Translations under genes and position numbers: made by a program
In this document: positions 58,228 to 64,000 of the stretch, one piece after another
Numbering within the stretch: position 1 is the first letter of the stretch
How the letters are laid out: each line of letters opens with the position of its first letter
The notes under the pieces: generated by a model
The model's database searches: none
The model's input: only the letters and a program-made list of their open reading frames with translations
Told to the model about the DNA's origin: nothing
DNA from: Guillardia theta CCMP2712
Lineage: Eukaryota; Protista; Cryptophyta
Length of the DNA: 64,000 bases
NCBI RefSeq assembly: GCF_000315625.1
Contig: NW_005434647.1
Span: forward strand, 601,890-665,889
Reading direction: 5' to 3'

Positions 58228-59151
58228 ATGGACGAGACGAAATTTGCACGCTGTGTCTTGGAGGCATGCGAGCATGCCAGAGTAGGTAAGACTGCGAGGG
58301 AGAAGCTTGCGAAGGACTTCCTGCTGCTGTTCTACGGGTTGAGATCTGCCGTGCTGATCGATTATCTTCCTCTCAAGTCTATCCACGAGGTCACCGACTC
58401 GTGCCTTGAGAGAGTCAGGAAACTCCACGAAGACTTCTCTGATGTCTTCATCCTGCATCTTTGCGAGGACAACTACTTCTTGATCCATGTCCAGAACTCT
58501 CTGTCGAGGCTTCAGAGCCACCTCGAGGACGGACTAGGGAGGCTCGTTCTCGTCAACTGCTCGAAGGGGCTTCAGACCCCCTACACTATGGAGCCTAAGG
58601 AGATGACTGAAGTTGTCCTGACCTTCACGCTACTGATCGAGAAGCTGGAGGAGGAGGTCAGAGCAACGTCGCAGGCACAGAGAAAGATCGAGATGGAGGA
58701 CGAATCGTTTGCGCTGCTGCTGCCCACCATAGCAGGATGGATCTTGGAGTACCCTGTGGTCTACTTCGTCGACGACATCCTCTCGGGAAACTCTCTCGGG
58801 ATGGTGCCGCTGCACCTGTACAGGTTGGAAGTGAAGTCAGAGGAGGTGAGAGCGACTCTAGCCTCCTCCCTCCTCGTCTGACATGCTCGTCCTCAGGTTG
58901 CTGACATCGGTTGGGCCCCCCACCATGTCCTGAGCTTCAGCGTTCCCAAGGACCTGAGCCCGCGGCCGATGGAGGAGCCGTTTCTCGCCGAGCACTTGCG
59001 GATGCTGAGGGAGAGGATGGAGGGGAGGAGGAGAAGGTTGGTGGCTGCTGGCGACGGATCGAGGTTGTTTCTCTTCGCTCCCGCTTGTCCAGCATGGATG
59101 TTCCCCCAGGTGACGGTGACAGAAGTCTGTTTGCAGACAGTTGCACTTTGA
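58228..59151 (+). CDS. DUF4504 / UPF0739 (C1orf74-like) protein, two exons
   Basis: GLRSAVLIDY, LPTIAGWILEYPVVY, NSLGMVPL and VLSFSVP. The intron is at ~58846-58897. Confidence 0.8.
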
Positions 59152-60029
59152 TTGTGCTGCCGAGGTTTCAAGGTGTGATCGGTAGAGATGTGAGCATTCA
59201 GAAAGAAAGCAAGCAAGAGATCTGCATGCAAACATGCAATGAATAGATGTTTGCTCGTAAACGACAGACAATATAACCCTTCTTCTTATGTCCAGCTCTT
59301 GGCTCTCTCTCGATAACTTTAGAACCTCAGTTTGCCCTCTCCTCCTCCTCCTCTCCTCCTCCTCCTGCTGCTGCTGCTCTTCCTTACTCCCGCCCCTCCT
59401 CCTCCTCCCCCTTGTTCATCAACTCGTTTCTGAATCTCTTTCAGCTATAATCTTGTCAAACTCAACGTCCACTACCCTACCCCCTCATCCGGAAATTTCG
59501 CAAATGTACCCGTCCATTTCTTTGATTTTGATGGGGTCATGCAGTACAACCCTTGCAAGGTGTAGGGTACACCCACCCCATTTCTTCATTCAAAAATGCA
59601 AAACCATGACAATGCCCTGCGTATTTCGCAAACTTTGCGCTGCTAAGACGACATGGCACCGTCACCTGAATCCTGCTCTCCTTCTACCTCTCCCTCTCCC
59701 TCTTCGTTTTCATCTTCCCCTTTCCCTCTCACGCTCTTTCTTCCTCTCCACCTCCGTCGGCACCATCATCCTATCCCCCACAATCTCATCACCATCACCA
59801 TCTCATCGTCATTATCATATCTTTCTCTTCTTCCTCTTCCTGTTTCTCTTCCTCTTCCTCGTCCTACTTAACCTTCATTCACTGTATCATCGTCTCATTC
59901 ACTTCTTGTCATAGATGGTATCGCTTACCAGCATACACCAAATCTTCTCTCAGATTTATGAGCTCTGGCTTCCATACTAAACCTGTCAAACAAAACTCTT
60001 CCTAGATCGGTCTTGCTTCTTGTCATGTC

Positions 60030-61364
60030 GTGCAGTTCTGCCAAAACGAACTAGGCTCACCTTTGCTTACTATCAGGCACGGAAACCGGCAGGAACTAGC
60101 ACGTGAAAGCAATTCTCTCGAGATTGTTGTACAGGTTTGTGACAAACTGCAGAAGCACCGCAAGTCATGATGACTTTCAGGACGCCACCGTGTTGTGAAT
60201 GAACTGATCAACCTGACAAGACTGAACATGTCTAGAAGACTGGGACTGCGTGAGCCGATGATGAGGTATCGTCGAGGACAAAGGGAGAGAACAAGTGTGT
60301 GATCGGAGAGGCTGACGACAACCTCTTGCAGATGTTGGTGCTGCAATGTAAGGCAGAGCGTCGGCCACACTTTGACGTTCGGATTCGTCCAGTTTTGGCA
60401 CCTTGGGTTGCACGCTGGTGATAAGAACATGTGACAATCTCTGTTGATCTTGACTTCATTCCAGCCATCATCATCGTTGAAACCATCCAGCCATCCAACC
60501 TCTCCGAGTTCGGGACCATTTCCCAGGTCCCCCCTGTCCACTCGATCTCCCACGATCTCTCCCAATCTCCCACGATCTCCCACGATCTCCTGCTCAGCAC
60601 CGAGAGGCAGATGACAAGCTTGTTGCTGCAGGAGAACTGCAAGCTCCCCTTCTGGCGGGGCATAATCTTTGCCGCCATTCACCTTGGCCTCGCCTTCCTT
60701 GGCCTCTGCGGGTTCCTCCTGCAAAACTCCTTCCTCCTCACCATCTTCTCCTCCTCCTCCCTCGTCGTCATCGCGACCGCGGTCCCCGTCACTGTCCTCC
60801 CGTTCTTGACGAACTGCGGGGTGACGACGTTGAAGCGGGAGGACGTGATCAACATGTCTGTGCAAGCCGTTCTCCAGCTCCTCCTCGGCCTGCTCCCGAT
60901 CTCGCTGTCAGTGTGGAAGCTTCTCAGCCTGTTGACTACCTCGCGAGTCAGCGCGCGGAGAGAAGAAGTAAGAGTTAGCTCCCTCTCGTTGATCTCTCTC
61001 CCTCCCTCCCTTCTTCTCTCCCTCACCCTCTCTCCCTCTCACTCTCTCTGTCCCCCCATCCCACTACCTCCTTCTTTCTCACAGTCTCATGTGCACTTGC
61101 AGCCTGCTGAGGAGGACGATGATCCTAGTCGACGCAAGTACTTGACGTTCGAGGTCAACAGACTTGCTCCTTCTTCCTCTCACAAACTTGTCCAGAAACC
61201 CGAGAGCTCTCCCCCCAAGACATCTGCAACTTCCTACGAGCTCCAACGTGATCCGCCCCTCCCTCCTCCTTCTCGCTCACAGCTTCCTCCTGCAGTCTTT
61301 TCTCCACAAGAAGCTCCTCCACCGCCTCCTATCGACATGACCAAGTTGTACCTCAGGTGCCATA

Positions 61365-61462
<98 letters not shown>

Positions 61463-61600
61463 CCTGCTCCTGCTGTCAACTCCTCTGACTTGAGTGTCGC
61501 AGCCTGGACGACAACCCTTCCTTCCTCGATCCCATCAAGCGCCAGGTTCCTGTCAACGGCTCTGTTGGAGGGAGGAGAGAGGAGGGAAGGGGGGGGGGGG
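60030..61600 (+). CDS. Multi-exon hypothetical membrane protein; ends unresolved
   Basis: Exon ~60598-60967 encodes three hydrophobic helices (GIIFAAIHLGLAFLGLCGFLL; LTIFSSSSLVVIATAVPVTVL; AVLQLLLGLLPISLSVW). Downstream small exons run into the gap. Confidence 0.5.
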
Positions 61601-61602
61601 AG

Positions 61603-62002
61603 NNNNNNNNNNNNNNNNNNNNNNNNNNNNNNNNNNNNNNNNNNNNNNNNNNNNNNNNNNNNNNNNNNNNNNNNNNNNNNNNNNNNNNNNNNNNNNNNNN
61701 NNNNNNNNNNNNNNNNNNNNNNNNNNNNNNNNNNNNNNNNNNNNNNNNNNNNNNNNNNNNNNNNNNNNNNNNNNNNNNNNNNNNNNNNNNNNNNNNNNNN
61801 NNNNNNNNNNNNNNNNNNNNNNNNNNNNNNNNNNNNNNNNNNNNNNNNNNNNNNNNNNNNNNNNNNNNNNNNNNNNNNNNNNNNNNNNNNNNNNNNNNNN
61901 NNNNNNNNNNNNNNNNNNNNNNNNNNNNNNNNNNNNNNNNNNNNNNNNNNNNNNNNNNNNNNNNNNNNNNNNNNNNNNNNNNNNNNNNNNNNNNNNNNNN
62001 NN
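61603..62002. other. Assembly gap (400 N)
   Basis: Run of N. Confidence 1.
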
Positions 62003-62203
62003 CATTCGCAATGAAAGGGAAGTGATAGACAGCAATTCAGGTCACGAGCATAGATGTGTTGACATTGCTGGGGTCATCGTGGACATACTAGTCAGGAGGA
62101 AAGTGGGACCTGACATTAGGAGGGTCATTGGCGAGATGAAAGTGGATTGACGCTAGTTTTTTCACGTTCGATTCCTCACGCTCTTCATTTGAGATGTCCC
62201 ATG

Positions 62204-64000
62204 TCAAGATCTGGAGATCAAATCCAGAAGCCTCTGGAGACCCATAGAGTTTTCCTCCATGCGTATTTTCTTATTCCCAGTCCATGAAGTCCCTCTCAGT
62301 GGTGTGGGTCCCGTCCTCATACACTTCTGCTTCCGTGTAGGTAGTTGGGAGGGGGGGAAAGGAGGAGGGGGTTGTTGATAGAGAGCAGAGGAAGGGAGGG
62401 AGAAGAGGTAGGGGAGGCGGAAGGTACTGACACATTCCTCGCATCCTCTCAGAAATTTCTTGAGAGCCTGAAGCTGGACATCTCGTTCTGTCTCGGGTGA
62501 GAGGAGGAGCATGTGGATGAGCTCGGGTGACAGTCGAGGCAGTATTGACTCCTCCCTCCTCGTTATGGGCGACATTCTCAACGGCCCTGGGAACTTTGTT
62601 GAAGGTAAACCAGTCTCTGTCTCCTCTCCCTTCCTCCCCTCCTCCTTCCCCTCCTCCTCCCCCTCCTCCCCCCCCTCGCTGCTGCTCCTCCTCGTCGTTT
62701 TGCTCCTCTTCCTCCTTCTCCCCTTCTGTGCGCTCTGTCTCCCTTCCTCCTCTTCTTGCTGCATCCCCTCCTTCTCCTCTGCTTCCGCCGCCTCTCTCAT
62801 TCTTCTTGCTGTCGCTCACCCCGACCATGGTCTCTAGTCTGCATCCACTCGTCCTCCTCCTCATTCCCTGTCGTCTCCTCCATGGACAAGGCCCGGCAGC
62901 TCCTCTCTCTGGCAACAGAGCCCAGCAGGTAGCGCGAGCGTGTTGGTTCAGAGGAGGAGGATCGGTTATGGAGGAGGAGGAGGAGGAGGTGAAGCAGCAG
63001 CAGCAGAAGGCAAGGGCAAGGGACACAGGAGACTAGACAGTTTGGTCGAGTAGCAGAGGAGAGGGTGCAAGGAGGGAGAAGCAGGAGCAGGAAGGGAGCG
63101 GGAGCAGGAGGACACTCAGTTGATGAGCAGCAATCTAAAGAAGACGTTTTCTGGTGAGACGATTCTCGGGGCCCAATGGAAGCTCCCTCGTGGACAGGTA
63201 AGAGAGGAGGAGGAGGAGGAACAGAGAAGGGGAGGGGGAGGGGGAGGAGGAGGAGGAGCTTATCTCGTAGTAGGACTCTGCAATGCAGCACAGTAACGGA
63301 GGAGGAGGAGGAGGAGGAGGAGGAGGAGGAGCTGAATTCTTCTCCAACCCGACGACGCCTCGATCGGGTTCGCCTCTTGCCTTCTCTACACCATCAGACG
63401 ATTTCTGACCCTCCTCGTGCAGGCTATCGGGGAGCCGCTAGCAAGGAGGAGCCAAGTATGCATGCTCCTACTCCCTCCTCCCTCCCTCTCCTTCCGTCCT
63501 CCGTTCCTCTCTCCCCTCCCATCCTCCCCCTTCCCTCCCTCTTCCCACTCCCGTCCTCCATCCCTTTTTCTCCTCTCCTTCCTCCTCCCACTCTCTCCTC
63601 CCCCTCTCCTCCCTCCTCCTCTCATTTCATCGCAGTGAATCAGCTCTCCTTGCCGGGCGTCAAGTCGCTCACATCTAGTCAGAGATCTGCCACCTCCATC
63701 AAGTCTCCTGGCACCCCTCGAGGTTCTCAAATTCCTCCTTCTCCTCCTCCTCCTCCTCCTCCTCCTCCTCCTCCTCCAGCGTCCCTTTCCTACTCCCTCT
63801 TTCCCCTTCCTCCTTCCTCTCCTCCCCTTCCTCCTTCTCACCCTCCTCCTTCTCCCACCCTCTTCTCCTCTCCCTCCACCACAACCACCACCTCCCCCCC
63901 CCTTCCCCCTTTCCTCCTACTTCACTGCACTGCTCATGAGCTTGTTCAGGAGGCTTCAACGTGGGCTCGGAGGTCTTGCCCGATGGCAGGATGTACACTG
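62204..64000 (-). CDS. Multi-exon hypothetical protein, 5' part outside the window
   Basis: Minus-strand exons (e.g. STKFPGPLRMSPITRREESILPRLSPELIHMLLLSPETERDVQLQALKKFLRGCEE) are separated by microsatellite introns. Confidence 0.45.

Noticed and set aside
1-64000. Autonomous transposons, viral genes, rRNA or tRNA
   Set aside because: No RT, integrase, transposase or capsid motifs and no recognisable structural RNA were seen by eye. tRNAscan-SE and Infernal would be needed to exclude small RNAs.

Overview
This is eukaryotic nuclear DNA, not prokaryotic. It is gene-dense, with many ~42-55 nt GT-AG introns that often carry a CTGAC-like branch point. Other introns are swollen with CT/GA microsatellites, and there are four assembly gaps. 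Three proteins have bipartite plastid-targeting presequences (signal peptide plus an aromatic +1 residue), which points to an alga with a complex red plastid, most likely a cryptophyte of the Guillardia theta type (inference). Recognisable genes: a divergent CLK/LAMMER-like kinase, a signal-anchored WW-domain protein, an intronless 2241-aa S8 subtilisin, an ATG22/UMF1-type MFS transporter, a large Sfi1-like Trp-repeat protein, RRN3, stromal processing peptidase (M16), two PH-domain proteins, an INSIG-like plastid membrane protein, a Myb/SANT plus Tudor-like protein, DUF3110 and DUF4504. No transposase, CRISPR array or RNA gene is supported. The most unusual observations are: (i) the subtilisin carries two unnamed modules in two copies each, with one copy of both nested in its PA region and one module splitting a Cys-rich repeat; (ii) a multi-exon array of candidate Sfi1-type centrin-binding repeats that the ORF track misses; (iii) GGGGTA-rich and CpG-rich blocks confined to the 5' side of genes; (iv) candidate microproteins. 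Exon boundaries and family calls were made by eye without searches, so gene starts are approximate.
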